Assembly (NCBI GenBank): GCA_965206845.1
Contig: OZ242221.1
Span: 448,001 to 512,000 of the forward strand
Direction of reading: 5' to 3'
DNA length: 64,000 nt
DNA from: Cenarchaeum sp.
GTDB lineage: Archaea; Thermoproteota; Nitrososphaeria; Nitrososphaerales; Nitrosopumilaceae
The notes under the pieces are model-generated. The model was not told the origin of the DNA. It searched no databases and saw only the letters and a program-made list of their open reading frames with translations. The first letter of the stretch is position 1, and the number at the start of each line of letters is the position of its first letter. This document shows, in pieces, positions 41,819 through 51,203 of this stretch. Position numbers and translations under genes: made by a program.

Positions 41819-42270
41819 AACTTACCAGCCCCGCCGCCGCATGTCCATGGCCTCCCGTTCAGGCAGATCATGCGGTCCGGCAGACCGGTCTTCCCGGTTC
41901 CGGACTGGCCGGCGACTGCCCCGGGTTTTCCGACGCCGGCCGGCATCCCGGGGCAGGCAGGAGCCCGGGAAGGCGGCTGCCAGGCCGCGCCTCTCACGCG
42001 GGCAAACGCCGGATCCGCATGGGGTGCCGTCCCAAACGGTTCCGGCATGCGCAAGGCGGCAGCCGCATGCGAAAGCGGACAAAACCCGTCCTTTTCGGGC
42101 CTTCCGCCATGAGGGCCGTTCCCGCGCGGCGCCGGCTCGGCCCCAGTGGCGGCCGGAAACGCGCGGGCAGGCGCGGCGGAAATGATGGATGTGACAGTGC
42201 GGACGGTCCGCACGGCCGGAGCGGCACCGCCATGTTTCCTTTTATACTCGGCTGGCATTTGCATGCGGTA

Positions 42271-44007
42271 ATGAGACCCGTCATGGCAGAGGCAGAGGCA
42301 GAGGCAGAGACAGCAGCAGCAACGGAGCAGGCGGATGCAACCCCAACAGCGGCATCCGCGGCGCCTCCGGAGCAAAAAAAGAAGTCAGGGCGCGCGAGGG
42401 AAGGCACCACGGTGCGCACCATAAAGGTGAACTTTGACCAGTCGGCCGAGCTGTCGGATCTCATATCCCGCCACATGGACCAGCAGAGGTGGGCATACAA
42501 CATGGCGGTGCGGGAGAAGCTGAAAGACCCGAGGACAACCAAGTTCGACCTCAACAACATGCTCACCAAATGGAGGGACGAGAGGGCGTGGCTCGTCCAT
42601 GACAAGGAGGCGCTGGCCGCGGGACGCAAGGAGGCCTGTGATACCAGGGTGCAGCGGGCCGGCCTCAGGCAGGGCCTCGACGCCGTGGATAAGTTCATGG
42701 CATCCAACGGGAAAAAGCGCCGCAACAAGTCCCTGTGGAAACACCTGGCCAGGCTCTATCGGGAAAGGGAGGGCATTGAGGATATCGACACCGCTCCCAA
42801 CCTGCCGTCCAACAAGTGGAGCATCAAGAGGAACAAATGGACCCGCAGGGACTCCCTGTTCAGCAGAAAGGGCGAGATGAAGTCCCTGACGGTCTTTGAG
42901 AAGCCCGTCTACAAGGGCAACAACATGGTGATGCTCCCCGGCATAGGTACCGTAAAAGTCCACGGCGACGTTGAGGATCTTGATATGCGCTCCTTCCAGC
43001 TCGTCGAGACGACAAAGAGGACCACAAAGCGCACCGAGGACCGCAACAGGACGTACCGGCTCCACATCCAGATCAGGATAAAGGCCCCAGAGCCGCCGGA
43101 ATCCGCGGTTATCAGGGGCGTCGACATGGGCATAGTGCACGGCGCCGCCACGGTGGATCTGGACACGGGCAGCCACGCGTTCCATGACCTCCCAAAGGAC
43201 TGCAGGAGGGCAAAGGATGATGACATATCGAAGATGTACTCCGAGCTCTCACAGAAACGCGGCGGGAGGGGCAACCGCAGGATCAGGCAGGACGCCAATG
43301 AAGGCGCGGATGGCGGAAACAGCGGTAGCGGCAGCAGCAACAACACGAGCGGCCACAACAGGAACAAAACAAGGAAGCCCAAGTCCAGAAGCTACAAGGA
43401 GCTCCAGAGGAAGATCAAGAATAAGCGCGAGAGGCTCGCCAACCGCCAGACCAACTGGGAGCGCCACGCCTCCAAGAGTATAGCGGACGGCGCCGGCACG
43501 GTGGCAATGGAGGACTTGGACCTCGTGAACATGACTGCAAGGGCCAAGGGCAAGGGAAGCTCGGCCAAGACGGGGCTCAACCGCGAGATGGCGTACTCAA
43601 GGCCCGGGACGTTCCAGAGGCTGATCAGGGGCGCCTGCGAGAACGCCGGAGTGGCCGTAATAATGGTGGACCCCAAGGGCACCAGCATCACATGCCACCA
43701 GTGCGGCCACAGGGACGAGAACTCCCGCGCGTCGCAGGCAAGGTTCCGGTGCACCAATGACAGATGTGAGAATGACGTCAACGCGGACATCAATGCCGCG
43801 TATAATATTGCCTCCAAGGCGGAAGCCGTGGCAGCAGGGCGGCCGGGAAGGTCGTCTGAAGGCGCGAGACACCAGCGCGGGATTGCTCCCGCGCGTTCCC
43901 CAGACAGGGCGCGAGAGCCAAGCGCCGGGGGGTTGCAAGAGCGCCAGCAAAAGGCATGGGTGCTGTACACTCATGTATATAATTCCCTAACGAAGGAACT
44001 ACTTTGA
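42271..44007 (+). CDS. tnpB: TnpB-family RNA-guided nuclease (~578 aa)
   Basis: QRWAYN, RuvC-I IRGVDMG, Ruv[25 protein letters not shown]...CTNDRC zinc finger, Ruv[18 protein letters not shown] box TTTTATA ~30 bp upstream of ATG 42271. Confidence 0.92.
   Translation: MRPVMAEAEAEAETAAATEQADATPTAASAAPPEQKKKSGRAREGTTVRTIKVNFDQSAELSDLISRHMDQQRWAYNMAVREKLKDPRTTKFDLNNMLTKWRDERAWLVHDKEALAAGRKEACDTRVQRAGLRQGLDAVDKFMASNGKKRRNKSLWKHLARLYREREGIEDIDTAPNLPSNKWSIKRNKWTRRDSLFSRKGEMKSLTVFEKPVYKGNNMVMLPGIGTVKVHGDVEDLDMRSFQLVETTKRTTKRTEDRNRTYRLHIQIRIKAPEPPESAVIRGVDMGIVHGAATVDLDTGSHAFHDLPKDCRRAKDDDISKMYSELSQKRGGRGNRRIRQDANEGADGGNSGSGSSNNTSGHNRNKTRKPKSRSYKELQRKIKNKRERLANRQTNWERHASKSIADGAGTVAMEDLDLVNMTARAKGKGSSAKTGLNREMAYSRPGTFQRLIRGACENAGVAVIMVDPKGTSITCHQCGHRDENSRASQARFRCTNDRCENDVNADINAAYNIASKAEAVAAGRPGRSSEGARHQRGIAPARSPDRAREPSAGGLQERQQKAWVLYTHVYNSLTKELL
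43840..43987 (+). ncRNA. Putative TnpB omega-RNA scaffold overlapping the tnpB 3' end
   Basis: Hairpins GCGCGGGA-ttgc-TCCCGCGC (43875-43894), GGCGC..GCGCC and CATGGGTG-ctgta-CACTCATG (43955-43975), located between RuvC-III and the element end. Confidence 0.55.
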
Positions 44008-46110
44008 GAACTTGCCCCACTGGGCAAGTGCTGATGCCGCGGCGGCCCAGTCCCTCAGGTCGTCATACACCGGAACCCCCCTCTCCTCGATCATCTTGGA
44101 GACCTTGTTGGTGTATGGGCCCCCGTTTGCGCCCACCAGGAGCGGCTTCTTCCTGTTGGAGAACTCTGCCAAATAGTCTATGATGACCTCCCCGAGCGGA
44201 TCGTCCTGGAACACGAACCAGGGCATCACGACGTCAACGCCGGAGTCGCCCATGAACGTCTCGATCACAAACCTGTAGTCGTCTGCACTGGCGCCGCCGG
44301 TGACGTCAGCGGGGTTTCCGTTGCCTAGGACATAGGTGGGCGGAAAGTGATCCTTCATGCGCTTGAGGGACTTTGCGCTCACGCGGGCAAGCTTCAGGTT
44401 CAGCCTGTCAAAGTGATCCATGGCGCCGATCATGGGGCCTGCGCCGTTGCTGGTCATGGACACCCTGCTGCCCCTTGCCGGCGGCTGCCATGCCAAGGCT
44501 TTTGCGACTGCGGCCAGTTCCTGGTAGCTGTCAACGGAGATGATTCCCGCCTGCTTGAATGCGCCCATGATTATCGCGTTTGAGCCGCCCAGGGAGCCCG
44601 TATGGGATGCCGCCTGCTTTGCGCCCAGCGCCGTCCTCCCGCTCTTCCATATGACCACGGGCTTGTTCTTCTCCCGCATCACCCTCTTTGCCGTATTGAT
44701 GAACTTGCGGCCGTCGCCGAACCCCTCCACGTACAGGACGATCACCTCGGTCTGCGGATCGCTTGCCAGGTACCAGATCATGTCGGCCTCGTCGACGTCA
44801 GACCGGTTGCCGTAGCTGACCATCTTGGACAGGCCAAACGAGTCTGCGGTCTCGAGGAAGCTGATTCCCATCGTGCCGCTCTGGGAGAGCAGGGCCACAG
44901 GGCCCAGCCTGGAGCGGATCATTCTCTCCTGGCCCTGGAACGCGCAGTCAAGGCGGTTTGCCGCATTGAACATGCCGATGCAGTTTGGGCCGATTATCCG
45001 GATATTGTGCTTCTCTGAGAGGCGCTTTACCTGTGCCTCATAGTCAGCCCTCTTGCCGCCGAGCTCCTTGCCGCCGCCGGACACCACCACCACGTTGTGA
45101 ACCCCCTTCTTTGCACAGTCCTCAAGGACGGGCGGGGTCACTGAGAGGTCGACTGACACCACGACCAGATCCACAGGATCCGGTATGGCGGTAACCGAGG
45201 AATAGCACTTTAGATCGAATATCTTGTCGGCCTTTGGGTTGATCGGGTACACCTTTCCCTTGTAGTCGTAGTTTGCCAGGCTGTCCAGTATCGAGTTTCC
45301 GATCTTTCCCTTGGTGGTAGACGCGCCGACTAGCGCCACCGAGCTTGGCGTGAAGAACTTTTCCATGTGGTCTGCGTTGGGTTTTGCCCGGGAGACGGAG
45401 TTCTTCTTTATCTCCGGGTTCAGTATGATCTTGGCATCAACCACAAAGTGGGATCCCGGATAGACCACCACCGGGTTAAAGTCCACGCTGTTGATATAAT
45501 CTGCATTCTGCATGCCCATCTTTCCTATCCGGACCAGCATCTTTGCTGCCATGTCAAGGTCGATGGGCTCGCTTCCCCGGAATCCCTTGAGAAGTACCGA
45601 GCCCTTCAGCTCGTTTAGCATCGATTTGGCGTCAGAGGCGGTGATCGGAAGCATCCGAAACGCCACGTCCTTCATCACTTCGGTCATGATCCCGCCCATG
45701 CCCACCATGATTACGGGGCCGAACTGGGGATCGTTTTGCAGTCCGACGATGAGCTCGACGCCCTTGGGAACCATCTTCTCCAAAAGGATTCCCTTGACGT
45801 CAACGCCCTTTTGTTTTGAGAGCCTGCCGTACATGTCGTTGAAGGTCTTCTTCACGTCCTGTATCTTGCCTATGCCGACCTTGACTCCGCCGACCTCGGT
45901 CTTGTGCAGGATCTGCGGGGAGACCACCTTCATCACCAGGGGAAAGCCGATCTCCTTGGCCGCCCTTGCGGCCTCTGCCGCAGAGGTAACAAGGGCATAG
46001 GGCGGGACGCTCACGCCGTACTCGCGCAGGATTGACTTTGACAGCTCCTCTGTGATCACCTTGTGATCCGTGTTGATTACATCCTCAAAAATTTCTTTTA
46101 CCTTCGACAT
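43999..46110 (-). CDS. ADP-forming acyl-CoA synthetase, probably 3-hydroxypropionyl-CoA synthetase
   Basis: N-terminal ATP-grasp (HKTEVGGV), CoA-binding domain (VGAS, YPINP, GPNCIG, SQSG) and the phospho-His motif ASHTGSL. Synteny with the crotonase supports the call. Confidence 0.85.
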   Translation of the reverse strand: MSKVKEIFEDVINTDHKVITEELSKSILREYGVSVPPYALVTSAAEAARAAKEIGFPLVMKVVSPQILHKTEVGGVKVGIGKIQDVKKTFNDMYGRLSKQKGVDVKGILLEKMVPKGVELIVGLQNDPQFGPVIMVGMGGIMTEVMKDVAFRMLPITASDAKSMLNELKGSVLLKGFRGSEPIDLDMAAKMLVRIGKMGMQNADYINSVDFNPVVVYPGSHFVVDAKIILNPEIKKNSVSRAKPNADHMEKFFTPSSVALVGASTTKGKIGNSILDSLANYDYKGKVYPINPKADKIFDLKCYSSVTAIPDPVDLVVVSVDLSVTPPVLEDCAKKGVHNVVVVSGGGKELGGKRADYEAQVKRLSEKHNIRIIGPNCIGMFNAANRLDCAFQGQERMIRSRLGPVALLSQSGTMGISFLETADSFGLSKMVSYGNRSDVDEADMIWYLASDPQTEVIVLYVEGFGDGRKFINTAKRVMREKNKPVVIWKSGRTALGAKQAASHTGSLGGSNAIIMGAFKQAGIISVDSYQELAAVAKALAWQPPARGSRVSMTSNGAGPMIGAMDHFDRLNLKLARVSAKSLKRMKDHFPPTYVLGNGNPADVTGGASADDYRFVIETFMGDSGVDVVMPWFVFQDDPLGEVIIDYLAEFSNRKKPLLVGANGGPYTNKVSKMIEERGVPVYDDLRDWAAAASALAQWGKFSK

Positions 46111-46280
46111 CAGTCAACCGTTCAAAAAAATCAGTCTGTATATTAAACTTGGGGATAGGCGGTTGCGGCGGCGGGCGCGGGTGCCAGGTGCAGGAGGGAC
46201 CGCCGCGGCGCCAGAAAGGGGATCGGGTCCTGTTGCCCGGGCATTGTGGCTCCCGGCGTGGCAGGCGGCCCCGCGCTGGT

Positions 46281-46601
46281 CTAGGAGGGATCCGGATTCA
46301 GCAGGGGGAACTTTTTTGCCGCGGCCCTCTGGTATACCGAGAACGTGTCTGGCATCTCGGAGCACTTTCTGCATATGCAGATATCAGACACCGACTCGAT
46401 GTCGCAGTCGTCCCGGAACTCGCACATGCCGCAGCCCGCAGGCCCGCCGCACACGATGCACGCAAGCGCCTTAGCCTGCACGCACCCCTCGTGCCGGACG
46501 CCCACGCCACGCGCCCACATTCCCGTCTCGTTTGCGTTGACCTTCTCGCCGCACACCACGCAGTCGCCGGGAAACCTGATGGTCATCCTAACCCAGCTCA
46601 C
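46281..46601 (-). CDS. Cys-rich zinc-binding hypothetical protein
   Basis: CVVC, HEGC, CIVC, CGMC, CICRKC; GTG start overlaps the rfcL stop. Confidence 0.7.
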   Translation of the reverse strand: MSWVRMTIRFPGDCVVCGEKVNANETGMWARGVGVRHEGCVQAKALACIVCGGPAGCGMCEFRDDCDIESVSDICICRKCSEMPDTFSVYQRAAAKKFPLLNPDPS

Positions 46602-47755
46602 GCCCTTGCCATCTCCTTTCTTAGCGCGGACTCGTGGGACTCGTCCAGCCCAAGATCCAGGTGCCCGCCCTTCATCATGTGCAGCATGTATGGCAGGCAG
46701 AGAGTGGCGATGGTGCTGCGGGACGTGTGCATCGCCTCTGCCAGGATGCCGGAGACCGACCTTAGCTTCTTGCCGTCCCATATGATCCGGTTCAGGACGG
46801 GCCAGGAGAGGTTGTACTTTGCGTACCCTATGTTTGTGCCGGGCAGGTACACCCTGAGCAGTATCTCGTTGAGGTACCGCAGCAGGCGCCACTGCTGCGT
46901 TCGGATTATCCTGCCATACAGCATGTCGGCCTCGGAGATCGCCTGCAGCATCGTGCTCCGGGCCTCGGGCCCGATGCCTGCCATCACGATGCTGGAGTAG
47001 AAGGCGTTTATCTTCTCCCGCGGGTCAGAGCCTATCGAGTACAGGATGCGCCGCGCCTCCTCGACGGACTCGGCCTTGAAGAAGGCGGCAACTCCCGCCT
47101 CTACGTTTAGTGTTCCGTGCGACTTGCCGGTATCGGGGGTGAATCCCGTCTCCAGGGACTGGGCCAGGTTCATCATGGAGCGTATGTCGCCTCCGGACCT
47201 GTTGATTACCTGTATGATCGAGCCCGGGCCGAGCTCTGCATTCTCTTTCTTCAGTATGCCCCGCAGGTAGACGCGGAGCAGTCGCGGCGACAGCTTCTTG
47301 AAGTAGACCGTGGTTACGGCCTTTTTGATGCCCCTCATCTTGTTTGAGGCGTCCGAGTTTGCCGCCAGTATGATCGGCACCACCGGGTTCTTTAGTATCT
47401 TGATCAGCGCCTCGGCGCCGCCAAAGTCTGACCGGCCATGGATTCCGTCGACCTCGTCGATGAATATCAGCGGGGATCCGAGGATGCCGACGTTTCCCAG
47501 CACCGGTTCGAGGATCTCGCTGATCTTTGACTTGCTCCTGACGTCGCTTGCATTGAGGCCGATCATGTCATACCCAAACTGCGGCGCGACCAAGTTTGCA
47601 ACGGTGGTCTTGCCCGTTCCAGGCGGCCCCACAAGAAGAATGGGCCTTGTTCCCTTCTTCCATTTTGCAAGCCATCCGACCAGAGTGGCCCGGGCCTCCT
47701 CGTTTCCGACCATGCCAGAGACAGAGCCCGGCCGGTGCTTCTCAGACCACATCAC
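46598..47755 (-). CDS. rfcL: Replication factor C large subunit
   Basis: WSEKHRP, GPPGTGKTT, LNASDVR, IDEVDG, GDIRS. Confidence 0.92.
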   Translation of the reverse strand: MMWSEKHRPGSVSGMVGNEEARATLVGWLAKWKKGTRPILLVGPPGTGKTTVANLVAPQFGYDMIGLNASDVRSKSKISEILEPVLGNVGILGSPLIFIDEVDGIHGRSDFGGAEALIKILKNPVVPIILAANSDASNKMRGIKKAVTTVYFKKLSPRLLRVYLRGILKKENAELGPGSIIQVINRSGGDIRSMMNLAQSLETGFTPDTGKSHGTLNVEAGVAAFFKAESVEEARRILYSIGSDPREKINAFYSSIVMAGIGPEARSTMLQAISEADMLYGRIIRTQQWRLLRYLNEILLRVYLPGTNIGYAKYNLSWPVLNRIIWDGKKLRSVSGILAEAMHTSRSTIATLCLPYMLHMMKGGHLDLGLDESHESALRKEMARA

Positions 47756-47761
47756 GGCACA

Positions 47762-48877
47762 TCACCGCGGGAGGCCGGACTCGAACCTGGACCAGAGGTT
47801 GGCCTTTGCGAGTTTTTTGTGCCAGAACCGGTTGTAGTGGTCCACGGTAAGAAACAGAAACTCCAGAAACTCCCGGTGGGAGAACCCGTCCGGCAGAAGA
47901 TCCAGCGCCAGCCTGGCGTCCTGCAGGTACAGCTCGCTCTTTTGCAGGGTGGTGTCAAACCCCTTCCTCACGTCGCCGGCAAGGAGCGAGTAGTAGAGCG
48001 GCCAGGACGGAACCTTGACCATGCCGTTCTTTATCGAGTCCTCGATCTCGTTTCCGCAGCCCACGCCCTCGGCCGCACGGGCCATTCCGAGGTAGAATAT
48101 CTCCCCCAGGGGCCTCTCCGCCAGGGCCATGTTGCGGCCGGCAGTCCCCATGACGGCGCGGTACTTTTTGTAGCAATAGTCCATCTCCTCCTCGGTGATC
48201 GAGGTGGGCCGTGACTTGAGCAGGGCATCCATGCGCTGGCCGTCCAGGGCGTCCCTGAACCCCTCCTCAAACGCCTTTAGCACCTGCGGGCCGCCCCGGG
48301 ATATCCTGTCCCTGGCCAGCACCAGTATGTATGGAACCATGAGCTTGTAGTCGTCGAGGTACTCCAGATCCTCGTCCCGGTCCACTATACGATCCATGGG
48401 CTCGCTCAGGTCTATCGCCATTATGTGGCCGTCCACCATGTCCTGCCTCATCTGGGCATCCTGCTCGCCTGCGTGCCCGGCGGCCGCGTCATACAGCGCG
48501 TTGAATACGGGAAACGTCATCTTGACAAAGTTGGAGTTTAGTATCCGCATTACGCGATCCTGCATCACGTCCGCGCTCTCCAGCTTTGATCTTATCGATG
48601 CGGCCTCTGATGCCGGCAGCGCCATCTCAGAGGAGCCGATCTCGTCTGCAAAGACCTGCTGCGTGTGGCCCGGGTTGGGGTCTGCCTTGATCGCCTTTAG
48701 CAGGTCTGACGCAAACCGCCTGGCAAACTCTGGAAACTCGCGCTCTGCCTCCTCCTTGTATCTGGTAAACAGCTTGAAGCCCTTTGACTTGAAGAGCCCC
48801 TGCCGCAGGATCTGCTTTCCCGGCTTTGTGCTTGCCAGGGCCTCACGACTGACCACAGACGGATCTTTTCCGCTCAC
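47762..48877 (-). CDS. Conserved hypothetical protein
   Basis: 371-aa ORF co-oriented with and abutting rfcL; no motif recognised. Confidence 0.75.
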   Translation of the reverse strand: MSGKDPSVVSREALASTKPGKQILRQGLFKSKGFKLFTRYKEEAEREFPEFARRFASDLLKAIKADPNPGHTQQVFADEIGSSEMALPASEAASIRSKLESADVMQDRVMRILNSNFVKMTFPVFNALYDAAAGHAGEQDAQMRQDMVDGHIMAIDLSEPMDRIVDRDEDLEYLDDYKLMVPYILVLARDRISRGGPQVLKAFEEGFRDALDGQRMDALLKSRPTSITEEEMDYCYKKYRAVMGTAGRNMALAERPLGEIFYLGMARAAEGVGCGNEIEDSIKNGMVKVPSWPLYYSLLAGDVRKGFDTTLQKSELYLQDARLALDLLPDGFSHREFLEFLFLTVDHYNRFWHKKLAKANLWSRFESGLPR

Positions 48878-48947
48878 ACAGCCTCAGATGCCAGCTTGTT
48901 ATTTATGCGTTCGATGTTCCTTGACTTAAATAACAAGGGACGGGAAA

Positions 48948-49757
48948 TTGTCCGTGGAGACTGTGGAGATCCTGCGGGAGGCGGCCGCAAGGGTGTATGA
49001 GAATGTCCGGGGCATGGCCGGCACCGCGGATGCCGCAGGCGATTTTGGAGTGGGTGCCGGGGGGGACATCTCCCGGAGAATAGACATAGTTGCAGAGAAG
49101 ACCGTACTGGACTGCCTCAGGGAGAGGAATCTTGACTGCACGGTCCTGGGCGAGGAGTGCGGGCGCGTCAGGCTGTCAGAGAGTCCCAATGGTTTTGTGA
49201 TCATGGACGCGATAGACGGCTCGGCCAACGCCGTAAGGGGCGTGCCGTTCTTCTGCTGCTCCCTTGCCTTTGCCACACACGACAGGCTCAGCTCCATAAC
49301 GGATGCGGTCGTGGCAGACCTGACAAACGGCGACCAGTACTGGGCATCGGAGGGGAAGGGCGCGTATCTCAACGAGGAGCGAATCCGGACTCACGGCGCC
49401 GATCCGATCTACAGGATTGTGGGCATAAGCACGTCGGGCCTCATGCCGGGCACGATGGAGAGGCTGCAGCCCGTCTTTGAGCAGTGCAACCACACCCGGC
49501 ACTTTGGGGCAAACGCCCTAGAGATGTCCATGGTGGCATCGGGCCTGATGGACATCCTCATAGATCTGAGGTGCAAGATAAGGGTGCTGGATCTGGCTGC
49601 AGGGTACCTCATAGTAAGGGAAGCCGGCGGGCTTGTGCTGGACGGGAACCTGGATCCCCTGGACTCGGATCTCGAGTACACCACCAAGCTGTCCTTCTTT
49701 GCTACGGCAAACCGGAAGATCCTGGACGACATCATGGCGCAGATAAACCGGCAGTAG
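48948..49757 (+). CDS. Inositol monophosphatase/fructose-1,6-bisphosphatase (FIG family)
   Basis: GEE, DAIDGSAN, RHFGANAL, DLAAGYLIVREAGG. Confidence 0.9.
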   Translation: MSVETVEILREAAARVYENVRGMAGTADAAGDFGVGAGGDISRRIDIVAEKTVLDCLRERNLDCTVLGEECGRVRLSESPNGFVIMDAIDGSANAVRGVPFFCCSLAFATHDRLSSITDAVVADLTNGDQYWASEGKGAYLNEERIRTHGADPIYRIVGISTSGLMPGTMERLQPVFEQCNHTRHFGANALEMSMVASGLMDILIDLRCKIRVLDLAAGYLIVREAGGLVLDGNLDPLDSDLEYTTKLSFFATANRKILDDIMAQINRQ

Positions 49758-49765
49758 AGTAATTG

Positions 49766-49843
49766 TGGCGCCCTTGGCGGGATTTGAACTCGCGTCTCAG
49801 CCGTGACAGGGCCGAATTCTGGACCTGGCTATACTACAAGGGC
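49766..49843 (-). tRNA. tRNA-Asp (GTC), CCA encoded
   Basis: GCCCTTG acceptor stem, anticodon loop CT-GTC-AC, T-loop TTCAAAT, 3' GCCA. Confidence 0.93.
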
Positions 49844-50118
49844 TCAAAATATCCCCGTAACGATTCAAGTTTAAAGTTTTCCCAACATGCCCGCCCTAGG
49901 CTTGGGATTTGCCGGTGCGCACCAGCATCCAAGCAGAGACTGAGCCGACCTTGTGTGAAGGACTGTGCCATCAGATTCGTGCCCGCGGGATCCGGACACG
50001 GTGCCACGCCTTCAGGAATGCATCCGCAAATGTGTCACGACAGGCTCGGACACTGGCAGGCAAGATGCGCGCCAGGCCGGGTAAGAGATCCAGACAGCAT
50101 AAAAGGTCATGGGCCGCC

Positions 50119-50280
50119 CTACAGATCAAATATCTGATTGCACGCGGCACACTTTGCCTTCTCTTGTCCGGTCTGCCCTATGACGAATATGCGGCCGATT
50201 GTGTTGCACATTGGGCACATTCCCGTAGTCACGTTCTTTGGCCCTGTTCTGATAATCTTCTGGGTCTTTCGTCGTCCCAT
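50119..50280 (-). CDS. Elf1-like zinc-ribbon protein (53 aa; absent from the ORF track)
   Basis: MGRRKTQKIIRTGPKNVTTGMCPMCNTIGRIFVIGQTGQEKAKCAACNQIFDL. TATA-like TTAATATAA upstream. Confidence 0.7.
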   Translation of the reverse strand: MGRRKTQKIIRTGPKNVTTGMCPMCNTIGRIFVIGQTGQEKAKCAACNQIFDL

Positions 50281-50336
50281 GGACACCATGGCACATCTAG
50301 ATTATATTAACTCTAAGCTGAAGCGGGGAACAGATA

Positions 50337-50423
50337 TGGCGCGGGGAGGGGGATTCGAACCCCCGTGTCCTTGCGAACATGGGATTAGCAATCCCACGCC
50401 CTACCAGGCTAGGCGATCCCCGC
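50337..50423 (-). tRNA. tRNA-Ser (GCT), CCA encoded
   Basis: GCGGGGA acceptor stem, anticodon loop TT-GCT-AA, long variable arm, GGTTCGAATCC. Confidence 0.95.
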
Positions 50424-50456
50424 ACACAACTGCCTGAATTGCATCTGTAAATAAAT

Positions 50457-51203
50457 TCACTCTTCGCCAAAGCGGGTATAGTTTCGGACGATGTCCTCGA
50501 TGGGCATCCGCTCACCGCCCACAATCTTCAGGTCCACCTGGATCTTCCTGTCCTCGACGGTCACTATGTTGTAGGTGTTAGCAAAGAGGCCGCGGACGCG
50601 CTTGGACGTGGCGGTTCCGGCGTTGACGATCTCCAGGCTGCCAAAGTTCCATATCCAGGGCCGGTGCTTGTGGCCGCAGAGGACCAGGTCCACGTCGGTG
50701 GCAAGTATGGTCCGGAGCACGTCGCCGGCATCGATCACCGTCACCATGTTCGAGCCCGTGTCTGGTATCTCGATCAGGTGGTGGTGCATCGCCACTATCT
50801 TGACGCGATCAGAATGTTCCCTCATGGTCCGCTCAAGCCAGAGGTTCTGCCTGTACCCCACCTCGCCCTGGTTGCGGTCTGGCCTGGCGGTCCCCAGCGT
50901 CACCAGCACCACGCCGCCGCCCAGATTGTTTACGCTGTTGAACGGAAAGTACTTTTTGAAGACCAGGTAGCCGGTGTTCCTGTAGTCGTGGTTTCCGCTC
51001 ATCGGTATGATCTTCTTTGCGTTAAACCTGGACACGAGATCCCGCGCCATCTCGTACTCCTCGATGAGCCCCTCGTTTGTGAGGTCGCCGGTAATCACTA
51101 TTGCGTCCGGCTCAAGCCCGTTCACCTCGTCCACAACCCTGTCAAAGACATGCGGCTGGAACTGGGATCCCACATGGATGTCGGACAGCTGCACCAGCAT
51201 CAT
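50457..51203 (-). CDS. Calcineurin-like metallophosphoesterase
   Basis: SDIH, TGDLT, GNHD, MHHH, CGHKH. Confidence 0.9.
   Translation of the reverse strand: MMLVQLSDIHVGSQFQPHVFDRVVDEVNGLEPDAIVITGDLTNEGLIEEYEMARDLVSRFNAKKIIPMSGNHDYRNTGYLVFKKYFPFNSVNNLGGGVVLVTLGTARPDRNQGEVGYRQNLWLERTMREHSDRVKIVAMHHHLIEIPDTGSNMVTVIDAGDVLRTILATDVDLVLCGHKHRPWIWNFGSLEIVNAGTATSKRVRGLFANTYNIVTVEDRKIQVDLKIVGGERMPIEDIVRNYTRFGEE

Larger units (their letters stand above)
41344..43987. mobile_element. TIR/TSD-bounded transposon carrying a decayed DDE transposase and TnpB
   Basis: 8-bp direct repeat TAACGAAG at 41336-41343 and 43988-43995. Ends GGAAATTATATAGTTAAGTG and (reverse complement) GGGAATTATATACATGAGTG match at 16/20 positions. 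Confidence 0.85.

Noticed and set aside
42019-42270. N-terminal extensions of track ORFs (also on lysY, ugd, rpl21e, the integrase and the GT2 genes)
   Set aside because: TATA position and family alignment favour downstream starts; the extensions are open-frame artefacts of high GC.
41800-44100. TnpB as a Cas12 effector with a CRISPR array
   Set aside because: No repeat-spacer array or cas1/cas2 is visible on either side.
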